NCBI GenBank assembly: GCA_965221865.1
Contig: OZ244918.1
Coordinates: 1,896,696 to 1,960,695, forward strand
Length of the DNA stretch: 64,000 nt
Direction of reading: 5' to 3'
Origin: Candidatus Poriferisocius sp.
Lineage (GTDB): Bacteria; Actinomycetota; Acidimicrobiia; Acidimicrobiales; Bin134
How positions within the stretch are numbered: position 1 is the first letter of the stretch; the number at the start of each line of letters is the position of its first letter. Positions 1 to 9,900 of this stretch are shown here, one piece after another. Both the position numbers and the translations under genes were made by a program. A model generated the notes under the pieces. It had not been told where the DNA came from. It worked only from the letters and a program-made list of their open reading frames with translations, and made no database searches.

Positions 1-400
1 CTTGCGATGCGGCTTTAGCGATTTGTTTACCATGAGCCGCAGGAATCTCGCCAGCACCCAAAGCATCCAGAGTCGCAGGCACCGCAGCAAACTGTGACAC
101 TGTTTCCACCTCACGGCGAGCTTGTTGGCTAGACGCTTGCAACTCTTCTAGTACCACTCGGCGAGCCGAACCCTCCCCAGCACGGCGAGAATACTCAGCC
201 AATACAGATGTTTTCATCGCAGCCAACCGGGCTTCAGATCGTTTAATCAACCCCAACCGATCCCGCAACTCCACCAACGACAAACCAGCCACATCAACTA
301 CCATCTCAGGCCACATCGCATCAACCGCCTGAGTATTTACCGGCACATTATCAACCGGTTCAGCAGAACTTCGCACCTGCTCATCTACCATAAACTCCAT
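1..400 (-). CDS. DUF222-type protein (N-terminal region of actinobacterial 13E12/HNH-endonuclease family); 3' part lies beyond the left edge
   Basis: Minus-strand frame is open from ATG at 400 to position 1. Own translation: MEFMVDEQVRSSAEPVDN...VELRDRLGLIKRSEARLAAMKTSVLAEYSRRAGEGSARRVVLEELQAS...LDALGAGEIPAAHGKQIAKAAS. The pattern resembles DUF222. It is absent from the ORF track because it is edge-truncated. Confidence 0.4.
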   Translation of the reverse strand, partial: MEFMVDEQVRSSAEPVDNVPVNTQAVDAMWPEMVVDVAGLSLVELRDRLGLIKRSEARLAAMKTSVLAEYSRRAGEGSARRVVLEELQASSQQARREVETVSQFAAVPATLDALGAGEIPAAHGKQIAKAASQ

Positions 401-699
401 ACATACAAGCATACCCGCTATAGTGACAATAACAACTAAAAATAATAAAAAATAAGTAAAAAAATAAGAAATTATTGACATAAATTGAACATAAACAACA
501 TAAACAACATACAACTTAAGATTGCTCAACAGTCAAGCAAAACGATGCTTACATTTCAGCTTACATTTCATAAAAGAATCACAGAATACAAACCCAATAC
601 ATATAAAATACATCAGCAATTCCCCAGTGTTTAGCGGCTTCTGGTGCGAGACCAGCCAAGCCAGTTATGCCATGCGATTGGTTGCATTATTAGACGTCA

Positions 700-1635
700 G
701 CGGGTGAGCTTCATCGGTGGTCGCGGCGGATCGGCCGTAGTGGTCGGTTTGATGTATCTGCGGCCTACTGGTGGAGGGTTTTGTTATGGCATAGCGTTTG
801 GGTGTGTGCGAACGCGCACGGCTTGGGGTGTTGTTACAGCAGGGTTTTAGTGATGCTGCGATTGGGAAGCGTTTGGGTAGGAACCGGGTAACGGTGTGGC
901 GGGAAAAGAAACGTTGCGTTCAGGGTGTGTGTTGCGCGCAAACCGTTCAAAATGAAGTTGATATGTAAGCGTTGCGGTCGGGGTTGCGTGGGTTGGTTGT
1001 AGATGGTGTGCTTGGCTAGTAGGTGGCAGATCGGTTTGGTGAGCGTTTATTGTTTCACGTTATTTCAGCGGAGTTACGTTGTTTGGGTTATCGGATTTGT
1101 GTTGAAACGTTTTACCAGGCTTGTTACGACGTGTCTAATAGCAGTGGTTTGCCACCAAACAGTTGGGCTTTGCTACCTCATGTTCGGCGGCGGTGTAAAC
1201 CGCTTAGCTGCTGTTCGCAGGTTAAACGTTTGGTTTTAGGTGGTTGGCGTCGTGTATGTGACCGTCCGTTGTGAAGTTGATAACCGTCAAGAGCCTGACC
1301 ATTAGCAAGGCGATCTGGTTATCAGCAAAAACAATCAAACCGTGATGGTTACCTTAGTTGAACGGTTTAACCGCCACACCTTGTTAGCAGCTTTACCAGA
1401 CACGGTTACTATGCTGCTAACACCGCTAAAGCTGTCACCCAAGCACTAGCCCGAAAAACCATCACATATGATGTGCATCCTCACCTGAGACCACCGCAAA
1501 GAAATAACCCGGTAGAAAGACATAGAACAAACCGTAGATATCAAAGTTTACTTCTGCGAACCCCGCTCACCAAGACAACAACCCCACAACCTAAACACAA
1601 CCCAAACCACACACAACCCAACCATGTCACAACCA
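700..1635 (+). pseudogene. IS30-family transposase remnant (stops and frameshifts; 3' end cut by the IS481 remnant)
   Basis: Frame-hopping translation shows IS30 hallmarks: ERARLGVLLQQGFSDAAIGKRLGRNRVTVWREKKRC (HTH), RICVETFYQACYD, VDNRQEPDH*QGDLVISKNNQTVMVTLVERFNRHTLL (GhWEGDL..TLVER block with TGG->TAG), KTITYD, and IKVYFCEPRSPRQQ (YFCxPxSPWQRG). The track has only short ORFs here. Ends are approximate. Confidence 0.6.
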
Positions 1636-2272
1636 CCACTAGAACTTGCCGTTGTTGCGCGGATTCAAGTTGGGATGCTTCAAGTTTATGTGGTTGCGTA
1701 GATGGGTGTTTCGCGGGTTATGGTGGCTAAGTGGTGGCACCGTTTTTGTGAACACGGTGACGCTGGTTTGGTGGATCGGTTGTCAAAGCCTCACCGGTCA
1801 CCGAGGCGTATCAGTACTGCGACTGAGGTTAGGGTGTGTGAGTTGTGTTGTTGGAAGCGTTGGGGGCCTGTTCGTATAGCAGTCCGACTGAAAATGTGAG
1901 CGTCTACAGTTCACCGTGTTTTGGTGCGTAACGGTTTGAGATGCCTGTCAGGGTTAGACCGGTCTACTGGTAAGGTGATACGCCGCTATGAACGAGCTGA
2001 ACCTGGTGGTCTGATACATATTGGACATCAAAAAAGTAGGTAAAATCTTTCACCAAACCCTACCAACCCCAAACCAACCCCAAACACTGAACGGTTCAAC
2101 CGTACCCTCACCGACGAATTCCTACACAACTACAAACTCAAAACGACAACCCGACCACAAACATCGACTCCAAACATGGACACACCACCACAACCCCCAC
2201 CAACACCACACCGCCATCGGCGGCACACCCGCATCACGCGTAAACAACCCCTACGGACACTACAACTAAGCC
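1636..2272 (+). pseudogene. IS481-family transposase remnant: N-terminal HTH part plus C-terminal tail, DDE core deleted
   Basis: ORF 1702..1899 reads VAKWWHRFCEHGDAGLVDRLSKPHRSPRR...WGPVRIAVRL. It continues ASTVHRVLVRNGL..STGKVIRRYERAEPGGLIHIGHQK to about 2035. It then jumps to ERFNRTLTDEFL (from 2089) and, after a frameshift, WTHHHNPHQHHTAIGGTPASRV, ending at TAA 2267-2269. Confidence 0.65.
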
Positions 2273-2927
2273 CTGGAGCAAGGGCATTTGCGACTTCTCC
2301 CAGAAGCGCAGGTAATGTCTTACCAGCTCTGGATGTTGTTCAAGTAGTACTTCCAATGTGTCTCTTGCCATGCTGATCGCAAGCTCTATGCCCATATATC
2401 GAGAGGCTTTATCTTGTTCGTGGTCTTCAATAGCGCTTCTGGTAAGGCTGAGCCTGATCCGCTCCCGTTCGGAATCGCCATTTGAGGCAGCGATGCGGTG
2501 GGCGGTAAGCAGATGCCACCCTCGTAGTAATTGTTACGGTAAGTAGACAAGTGATGATCGTGGTTAGTGGTCACGATTCGGGGTTGTTTGGCTGCGGCCC
2601 ACTTTGCTATTATTTTGTGTAGGCAGTTGGGACTCGACTTCGAATTGCCGATGATGTTTTTGACCCGCTGGTGGATATCCACACCCTTACTTTCTAGTTT
2701 GCCAAGAACCTTGTCAAGCGCTGTTTGATCTTGAGGTAGGCGCTCTTGGCTTTTTTATAAAGCTGTTCGGTTAGCTCTTTGAATGTTGGTAATTCTGATG
2801 GGGAATCAACCGAAGCCCCAGCGCCTACGAATAGCACTAGTTGCCCTTCAGCATGAGAGGAGATGAGCGCGTCTGGTATTTCCACTTCTTGGCCATCATA
2901 TGTTGTAAACCACATAGCCGTAAGCAT
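2273..2927 (-). pseudogene. SIR2_2-like (defence-associated SIR2 family) gene remnant, split by a stop and frame changes, 3'-truncated at the IS481 remnant
   Basis: ORF 2694..2927 (..EGQLVLFVGAGASVDSPSELPTFKELTEQL) and ORF 2386..2682 (..SPNCLHKIIAKWAAAKQPRIVTTNHD) are consecutive pieces of a SIR2_2-type N-terminal region (l.lFlGAGvS ... H..la.l..iiTTNYD). They are separated by TAG 2694-2696. Reading continues in another frame to about 2273. Confidence 0.5.
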
Positions 2928-3134
2928 AAATGAGATCAGTGACAGTTTGAGTAGTCAGTAGTTTAGAGGTTTATGCGAGTTTAGAGTCAGTTTTCATAGT
3001 AATCATGTGCCATAGCAAAAAGTGAAGTCGGCAACGATTGCAACCTTGTTAGCAGGCAATGCTAGTTGTTCTCAGCGGTGGGCCGGTTCTCAGTGCTGCT
3101 TGCAGACTTGCGGGCCAGCATTGCTGCCAAAAAG

Positions 3135-3208
<74 letters not shown>

Positions 3209-3235
3209 GTGCGGGATTTAGTTTATCAGATCAAA

Positions 3236-3398
3236 CGTCACCCTCACCGACGAATTCCTGTACACCTACGAATTCAAATCGAAAACCCGACCACAGACGT
3301 CGATTCCTAACTTGGATGCTTCACTACAATCTTCTCAGATACCCATCGGCGGTAAACTCGCATCACGGGTAAACAACTTCTATGGGCATTACACCTAG
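3236..3398 (+). pseudogene. second IS481-family transposase 3'-terminal remnant
   Basis: Aligns by hand to 2105-2269. It encodes ..TLTDEFLYTYEFKS.. then (frameshifted) TWMLHYNLLRYPSA / IGGKLASRVNNFYGHYT*, ending at TAG 3396-3398. It lies 28 nt from the 5' end of tRNA-Ala. Confidence 0.55.
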
Positions 3399-3792
3399 AG
3401 AATGGCAAACGCTGGTTATCTCCTAAAACCCTCTCATGGCTTTTACACTATTTCAAGCCTGGTACCTATAACTGTGATTCTCCGTGAGGGAAAGCATTAC
3501 GAACTAAACGAATCGTCCAGCAATGCAAAGACTCTCCCGCATTCCAACAGATGCAGAAAATGGATGCCCCGCTCAGAGGCATACTGCATCTTGCGGAACG
3601 GCCATTCAGGGCGTTGCAGATCACAGTAACTACAGCCAACCTCTCCACGAAAAGCAGGGAAGCACAGCTGCAACAAGTCGACTGTTATGGTCGGTTTGAA
3701 GTATCAGCAAACTACCGATGGAGTACACCTACTTACACAAAACTAACAGACTCGCTTCTAGGTCTTATAGATTAGTCGGTAGATTAGCGATC

Positions 3793-6261
3793 ATGAATGG
3801 TTACAATCCAGCGATTATTGAGCCGAAGTGGCAGCAGCGCTGGCTGGATGACACTACCTACGAAATAGATAACGACGACCCGCGCCCGCCCTACTACGTG
3901 TTGTCTATGTACCCGTATCCCAGCGGCCCCGCACACATCGGCCATGTTCGCAACTACACGTTTGGCGATTTGTTGGTGCGCTATCGCACAATGTGCGGAG
4001 ACGGGGTGCTTTCGCCCATCGGGTTTGATAGCTTCGGCTTGCCAGCAGAAAACGCTGCCATCAAAACCGGCACACACCCTCGGGTACATACTGATACCAA
4101 CATAAAGTTGTTGTCATCTTCGCTGCGCCGTATTGGGGCGGTATACGACTGGCGCCGTACTATTAGCAGCCACGACCCTGATTACATCCGTTTTACTCAA
4201 TGGATTTTTTTGAAGTTCTATGAGGCTGGTTTGGTGTACCGAGATACCGCACCGGTGAATTGGTGTCCGGGATGTCAAACGGTTTTAGCTAACGAACAGG
4301 TGCTTGACGATGGCACTTGTGAGCGTTGCAACAGTCTAGCGCAGCAGCGGGAGTTAGAGCAGTGGTTTTACCGCATTACTGCTTACGCCGAGGAGCTTTT
4401 GAGTGGTCTTGAGGGATTGGACTGGCCAAGCCGTGTTAAAACTATGCAGCGTAACTGGATTGGCCGTTCGGAGGGGGTGGAGTTTTCCTTGCCCATCGCA
4501 GATGTCGACGGCAAACCTCGTAACGACATTGCCGGTATATCCGTGTTTACCACCCGTCCAGATACTAGCTTTGGGATGACCTTTGCGGTGATGTCACCCG
4601 AGCATCCGCGGGTGTTGGAGCTAACCACACCAGAGTGTGTACAGCAGGTGCAGTTGTTTGTGCAAGAGGTGCAACAGCGCAGCGAGATTGAGCGGCTGTC
4701 AACTGGTGGTCCGGCCAACAAGCGGGGGGTGAATACTGGCACTCGGGTGGTTAACCCGTTCAACGATAAACCAATACCGTTGTATTTAGCCGATTATGTG
4801 CTTACCACTTACGGTACTGGGGCTATTATGGCGGTGCCTGGTGAGGATCAGCGCGACTGGGATTTTGCCACTGCGTATAACTTGCCAATTATCCGTACAG
4901 TGCAGCCGCCAGAAGGTTTTGACGGGAAGGCTTATACAGGCAATGGCCCGGCCATAAATAGCGAGTGGCTAAACGGTATGGAGATGACCGAGGCCAAGTC
5001 CAAAGCTATCTCTTGGTTAGAAGACACTGGCATTGGCAAGCGTAAGGTTAACTACCGCTTGCGGGACTGGCTGTTATCTCGGCAGCGTTACTGGGGTTGT
5101 CCGATCCCGGTTATATATTGCCACGAGTGTGGTCCCGTGGCGGTGCCTGAAGCAGATTTGCCGGTGGTATTACCTGATGATGTGTCTTTTACCCCTACAG
5201 GACGTTCGCCTTTGTTAGATACAGACTTTTTGAACACGACTTGTCCTAAATGCGCTAGCCCGGCCCGGCGTGAAACAGACACGATGGACACTTTTGTAGA
5301 CTCTTCTTGGTATTTTTTGCGCTTTGTCGATCCTCACAACTCAGAACTTCCCTTCAGCCCTGAGGCGCTAAAGCGTTGGTTACCTGTAGATCAGTACATA
5401 GGCGGGGTAGAACACGCCATCTTGCACCTCATGTATGCGCGCTTTTTTACTAAGGCTTTAGCTGATTTAGGTGTGGCGCCAGCAGAGTTGCGGGAGCCCT
5501 TTCAACGGCTTTTCACGCAGGGTATGGTGCGCATGGGCGGCGGTAAGATGTCCAAGTCAAAGGGTAATCTGGTGGCACCCGAGGAGATTATCGACTCATA
5601 TGGGGCTGACGCGTTGCGACTGGCTATCTTGCAGGTGAAGCCCCCAGCCGAGGATGTGGACTGGGAAGATTTTGGCCTTGAGGGATGCGCGCGCTTTCTA
5701 GGCAGGCTTTGGAGGTTGGCAGCGGGTACAACAGAGCGAACCAACACGGCTCGCTCAGGCCCGCTAACCCAAGCTGACACGGCCCTAGACGCGGCAACTC
5801 ATCGCCACATAGATCGCATTACCGGTGAGCTGAATCGGTGGTCTTATAACACCGCTGTTGCTGGTTGCATGGAGTTCACCAACGATTTGTACCGCTATGT
5901 TCAAGCTGAGGGCGGTCCCCATCACGACACGCTTGCGTTCGCTGTTGACTCGTTGCTGTTGGTGATGGCGCCCATGGTGCCACATATTTGTGCTGAGCTA
6001 TGGGAAATACGGCGTGGCGATAACATCCACACCCAACGCTGGCCCACACCAGACCCGGCCAAACTCCAAGCAGAGACGGTAACAATGGTTATACAGATGA
6101 ACGGCAAGGTGCGGGATCGCATTGCAGTACCAGCCGATATTGCTGGGGAAACCGCCGAGGCTTTGGCCCTAGCATCTGAGCGGGTGCAAGCGCTTTTAGA
6201 CGGGGGCGAGCCGAAGCGGATAATCACCCGCCCACCTAAGCTTGTTAACATAGTTGTCTAA
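3793..6261 (+). CDS. leuS: leucine--tRNA ligase
   Basis: Class I aaRS motifs are present: [11 protein letters not shown] (HIGH) and KMSKSKGN (KMSKS), plus a leucine-specific CP1/Zn region. Start moved to ATG 3793 ([17 protein letters not shown]), a typical LeuRS N-terminus. Confidence 0.95.
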   Translation: MNGYNPAIIEPKWQQRWLDDTTYEIDNDDPRPPYYVLSMYPYPSGPAHIGHVRNYTFGDLLVRYRTMCGDGVLSPIGFDSFGLPAENAAIKTGTHPRVHTDTNIKLLSSSLRRIGAVYDWRRTISSHDPDYIRFTQWIFLKFYEAGLVYRDTAPVNWCPGCQTVLANEQVLDDGTCERCNSLAQQRELEQWFYRITAYAEELLSGLEGLDWPSRVKTMQRNWIGRSEGVEFSLPIADVDGKPRNDIAGISVFTTRPDTSFGMTFAVMSPEHPRVLELTTPECVQQVQLFVQEVQQRSEIERLSTGGPANKRGVNTGTRVVNPFNDKPIPLYLADYVLTTYGTGAIMAVPGEDQRDWDFATAYNLPIIRTVQPPEGFDGKAYTGNGPAINSEWLNGMEMTEAKSKAISWLEDTGIGKRKVNYRLRDWLLSRQRYWGCPIPVIYCHECGPVAVPEADLPVVLPDDVSFTPTGRSPLLDTDFLNTTCPKCASPARRETDTMDTFVDSSWYFLRFVDPHNSELPFSPEALKRWLPVDQYIGGVEHAILHLMYARFFTKALADLGVAPAELREPFQRLFTQGMVRMGGGKMSKSKGNLVAPEEIIDSYGADALRLAILQVKPPAEDVDWEDFGLEGCARFLGRLWRLAAGTTERTNTARSGPLTQADTALDAATHRHIDRITGELNRWSYNTAVAGCMEFTNDLYRYVQAEGGPHHDTLAFAVDSLLLVMAPMVPHICAELWEIRRGDNIHTQRWPTPDPAKLQAETVTMVIQMNGKVRDRIAVPADIAGETAEALALASERVQALLDGGEPKRIITRPPKLVNIVV

Positions 6262-6265
6262 AGTT

Positions 6266-7489
6266 ATGAACCCCACTGAGGCTTTTGTGTGGGTGTGGCT
6301 TCCAAACTCCAAAGAACCGGTAGTAGCTGGGCAGCTTATAGATAGAGGGCCAGCTGTTACTTTTATGTATGGCAGAGGTTACCTAGATCGCCCCGATGCT
6401 GTGGCATTGTATTTGCCTGAGCTTCCGCTTCAGGCAGAAGAAATCACCCCGATTTCTGGTGAGATTGCTGGATGTATCGCAGACGCTGCCCCCGATGTAT
6501 GGGGGCGACGCGTTGTTGAACATAACCGCACTGCGGAACCTACAGATCTCACAATGTTGGGCTATCTCTTGGAATCTGGTTCCAATCGTTTTGGGGCAAT
6601 TGATTTTCAGCAATCTGCCACTACATACATTTCTCGTGACCATGAGCATGTGTCGCTAGCTGAGCTTGTTGAGGTTGCCGATCTGATAGAGAACGGCTTG
6701 CCTATATCTGCTGGACTTGAGCGGGTTTTATTTCATGGTAGCTCGATGGGTGGAGCACGTCCCAAAGCAGTAATTACCGACGGTAAGCAACAGATGATTG
6801 CCAAGTTCGCTTCGACTGCCGATACGTATCCTGTTGTCAAAGCAGAGTTTGTAGCAATGGAGTTGGCTCGCCGAGTTGGTCTAAATGTTGCTGATGTTAG
6901 GCTTGAAACCGTTTTAGGGCGCGACGTTTTGCTAGTTAACCGATTTGATCGTACTGCTGAAGGAAGTCGAAAAATGGTGGTATCAGCGCTCACCATTTTG
7001 GAGTTGCACGATGCTGCTGGCATGGCAGGTCGCTATGCCACTTATACGGATCTTGCTTTTCACATTCGGGCAAGGTTTATTAAACCAGATCGCACTCTTC
7101 GGGAGATGTTTGCCCGCATTGTTTTCAACATTTTGGTTAGCAACACCGATGATCATGCCCGTAATCACGCTGCGTTTTGGGATGGCACTCACCTCAACTT
7201 AACTCCTGCTTATGACATTTGTCCTCAATTGCGTGTGGGTGAAGAAGCAGCTCAGGCTATGGCTTTTGGTGCCGGTGGTGAACGGCAAAGCCAAGTAGCG
7301 CGGTGTGCTAGTAACTCCAGCGTTTTTCATCTGACAACTGTGCAAGCACGCGAAATTGTAGACAATCAGATAACTGTCATCAACGACGAGTGGGCGTCTG
7401 TTTGCGATCAAGCCGAACTCTCTACAGTTGACCGTAACCGGCTATGGAGACGCCAGTTCCTCAATCCCTTCGCCTTCTATGGCTACTAA
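6266..7489 (+). CDS. hipA: HipA-family serine/threonine kinase (type II toxin family)
   Basis: P-loop SSMGGARPKAVI, catalytic loop SNTDDHARNHAAF, and an N-terminal couple_hipA-like region. ATG 6266 lies 4 nt after the leuS stop (TAA 6259-6261). Confidence 0.8.
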   Translation: MNPTEAFVWVWLPNSKEPVVAGQLIDRGPAVTFMYGRGYLDRPDAVALYLPELPLQAEEITPISGEIAGCIADAAPDVWGRRVVEHNRTAEPTDLTMLGYLLESGSNRFGAIDFQQSATTYISRDHEHVSLAELVEVADLIENGLPISAGLERVLFHGSSMGGARPKAVITDGKQQMIAKFASTADTYPVVKAEFVAMELARRVGLNVADVRLETVLGRDVLLVNRFDRTAEGSRKMVVSALTILELHDAAGMAGRYATYTDLAFHIRARFIKPDRTLREMFARIVFNILVSNTDDHARNHAAFWDGTHLNLTPAYDICPQLRVGEEAAQAMAFGAGGERQSQVARCASNSSVFHLTTVQAREIVDNQITVINDEWASVCDQAELSTVDRNRLWRRQFLNPFAFYGY

Positions 7490-7536
7490 CAGCTAGGTTG
7501 TTAAAACGATTCTGCGGTTCTGATCGATCAGAAATT

Positions 7537-7796
7537 TCACACCGTAGGCTGCAGTAAAATTTCGCGGTCTGAGATCGTGTTTGCTGTAAAACGAAGTGCT
7601 GCTTCTACGTCTGCTAATTCAAGGGGGGTAATTCAGCAATGACCTCGTCGGGGGTCATACCTGCAGTAATCATGCTAACTACTGTGGCGACAGGGATTCG
7701 CAGTCCCCGAATGCAGGGCGCACCACCCATTTGTTTTGGGTTTACAGTTATACGGTTCATATCTTCAGCGTAGGCAAATTTTATCGGCAGTCGCAA
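7537..7796 (-). pseudogene. DUF433-domain protein (antitoxin-like), interrupted by a one-base frame shift in a homopolymer
   Basis: ORF 7614..7796 reads NRITVNPKQMGGAPCIRGLRIPVATVVSMITAGMTPDEVIAELPPL, the DUF433 core. The stop follows a C6 run (plus-strand G6 at 7623-7628). A one-base shift continues ..PLELADVEAALRFTANTISDREILLQPTV*, ending at 7537-7539. Confidence 0.5.
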
Positions 7797-7885
7797 CAGA
7801 TTGGTTGTTTTGGTCGATCTTGATTGTTAGCTGTAGTGAGGTAAGTTCTACTGATAGTTGCAACAGATTGGTTGAGTTCACCACG

Positions 7886-8953
7886 CTATAGAGCAGACCG
7901 GTTTGGGATAGACCGCAGGGCTTGGTGTATGCCGTTCCAAGAACTCTCATTGTTGTCAGAGTCAGAGTTGGCTTCAAGATTGATGGTTAGGCGGTCAACA
8001 AGTCCACCCACGCAAGCTTGTACTGCAGCTGCAAGATTTTCTGGTTCGGCCACCACTGCAAAGGTGTTAAGCATGGTGGTGTCTACCACCTTTGTCATCT
8101 CTGACCACTGACCTTGTTTAGATAGTCGATTGAGGTCGTCTTGAGCATCACCCCAGCCATGATGTTCTAGCACAGGCCGATACGCGGGGGTAGAACCGTA
8201 AAATGCGATTTGGCGTCTAATAGCCTGTTCATTAGCAGCCATCGTTTCCTCACAGGTGCCGGTAACAATAAACAGCGGCAGCGATACCTCGATAGAGTTA
8301 GGATCACGCCCAACCCGCTCAGCACCTCTAGCTAGCGCTGGTAATGACACATCTCGCAGATAAGACGGCGTGGTAAAGCCGTGGCTAATCCACCCATCTG
8401 CCACCTCGCCAGCAGTTTCTGTCATCAAGTTGCCCACCGCTGCTAAATGGATCGGCGGTTGCCCATAAGGGTTAGGGCCTGGGCTGAACATGGGAGGCAT
8501 AAGCGTGTGGGTATAAAAATCACCTCGAAACGACAATGCTTCGCCAGTTTCCCATGAATGCCAAATAGCCCGCAGCGCAGCCACCATCTCGGCCATGCGT
8601 GCTGCGGGCTTTGACCATGGCATCGAAAAGCGCTTGGTAATGTGCGGCTTGATTTGTGAGCCCAAGCCCAAGTTGAAACGGCCTTTAGACCAAGCTTGTA
8701 AGTCCCAGCTCGTGTTGGCCAACGTCATAGGATTGCGGGCAAAAGCCACAGCAATAGAAGTACCCAACTCGATGGTTTGAGTGTGCTCAGCGGCTAACAC
8801 CAAAGGTAAGAACGGATCGTGAGCTAACTCCACCGTCCAAGCTCCGCTGTAGCCAGCGGCTTCTAGCTTTACAGCACCGCTCACAGCTTGATCCATCCAT
8901 GCCGTGGGCGCAGCTTCGGCTGCTGCCGCACCAATTCTGCCGTCAAGCTTCAT
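7886..8953 (-). CDS. LLM-class F420-dependent oxidoreductase
   Basis: 355 aa with a luciferase-like monooxygenase fold pattern (..GTSIAVAFARNPMTLA..RFNLGLGSQ..). Resembles the actinobacterial F420-dependent TIGR03617-type family. Confidence 0.7.
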   Translation of the reverse strand: MKLDGRIGAAAAEAAPTAWMDQAVSGAVKLEAAGYSGAWTVELAHDPFLPLVLAAEHTQTIELGTSIAVAFARNPMTLANTSWDLQAWSKGRFNLGLGSQIKPHITKRFSMPWSKPAARMAEMVAALRAIWHSWETGEALSFRGDFYTHTLMPPMFSPGPNPYGQPPIHLAAVGNLMTETAGEVADGWISHGFTTPSYLRDVSLPALARGAERVGRDPNSIEVSLPLFIVTGTCEETMAANEQAIRRQIAFYGSTPAYRPVLEHHGWGDAQDDLNRLSKQGQWSEMTKVVDTTMLNTFAVVAEPENLAAAVQACVGGLVDRLTINLEANSDSDNNESSWNGIHQALRSIPNRSAL

Positions 8954-9170
8954 ATGAAGGCCATTCTATGTTCTTTAGCTAACTTCTTGAGAAGAAAAGC
9001 GTACTTTGCAGGCTGTTTTGCGTGATTTGAGATACAAGGCTGTTATCCTAGAGCACCTTCCCCCGCCACCAGCTATGTGCCCTGCCTATAGATGCACTGC
9101 GGCCGCCAATGCTTTGTGCTGCACATAGCTAAATAGCTAAGCCTCATATGGCTGATATGCGCATACGGCA

Positions 9171-9854
9171 ATGGAAGACAACCCCAAACCACCATCACGC
9201 CTCATTCTTGCTGAACGAGCACGCGAGCTGTGGGATGATTATCGTCATCTCCTAACTGTACCGCGCCTAGCCATGGTGGGTGCAGCGTTGCTGCTTGTGG
9301 TTGGTTTTACGGCATATCGAATGTGGGGGCCTTCTAATCCGCCTCCTGCAGAGGTGATTATTCCCCGTGCCACAGCGCTTGCCGATCAGCCTTTTAGCAC
9401 GCCAGAATCTAAGCCGCTGTTGGTGCATATTGCTGGGGCAGTACATGTGCCAGGGGTGTATCAGCTGCAAGGACAAGGGCGGGTGGTGGATTTGGTTCAA
9501 GCCGCAGGCGGGCTCACCAGCGATGCCGATTCTGACAGGGTGAACCTGGCCGACGTGTTGTTTGACGGCCAGTGGGTTTACATCCCTCGCATAGGTCAAA
9601 AGGTCATTCCAGCTCCTGTGGGAGGTACCCATAACAGCCACAATGCTGAACTAGGGCGTTCAGGTCCGCTCAACATCAACGCTGCAACCGCCGAACAGTT
9701 ACAAACACTGCCTGGGGTGGGGCCAGCTATCGCCAATGCCATTGTTAAACATCGTGAACGCATTGGCGGTTTCACCTCTGTAGATGGGCTGCTAGCAGTG
9801 TCGGGGATTGGGCCCGCAAAGCTAGCGCAAATCCGTGAATTGGTAACCATGTGA
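9171..9854 (+). CDS. comEA: ComEA-family DNA-binding protein
   Basis: N-terminal TM segment, SLBB-like middle (VHVPGVYQL), and C-terminal tandem helix-hairpin-helix (INAATAEQLQTLPGVGPAIANAIV..VSGIGPAKLAQI). Confidence 0.85.
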   Translation: MEDNPKPPSRLILAERARELWDDYRHLLTVPRLAMVGAALLLVVGFTAYRMWGPSNPPPAEVIIPRATALADQPFSTPESKPLLVHIAGAVHVPGVYQLQGQGRVVDLVQAAGGLTSDADSDRVNLADVLFDGQWVYIPRIGQKVIPAPVGGTHNSHNAELGRSGPLNINAATAEQLQTLPGVGPAIANAIVKHRERIGGFTSVDGLLAVSGIGPAKLAQIRELVTM

Positions 9855-9900
9855 GCTTAGATGCACGCTCGCATATGCTGGCATTGCCACACAAGATTTC

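Noticed and set aside
1473-2376. Several 60-85-aa plus-strand ORFs (e.g. 1473..1730, 2021..2269, 2176..2376) with Thr/Pro/His-rich products
   Set aside because: They are fragments of IS30 and IS481 transposase remnants read through hypermutated A+C-rich DNA, not independent genes.
3402-3792. ORFs 3402..3629, 3551..3775 and 3466..3648, and the long leuS upstream region, considered as small genes or a T-box leader
   Set aside because: No T-box specifier/antiterminator pattern or protein motif was recognised. The ORFs overlap each other in different frames.
7765-7977. 70-aa minus-strand ORF between the DUF433 gene and the LLM oxidoreductase
   Set aside because: It overlaps the 3' end of the oxidoreductase gene, has no motif, and is likely spurious.
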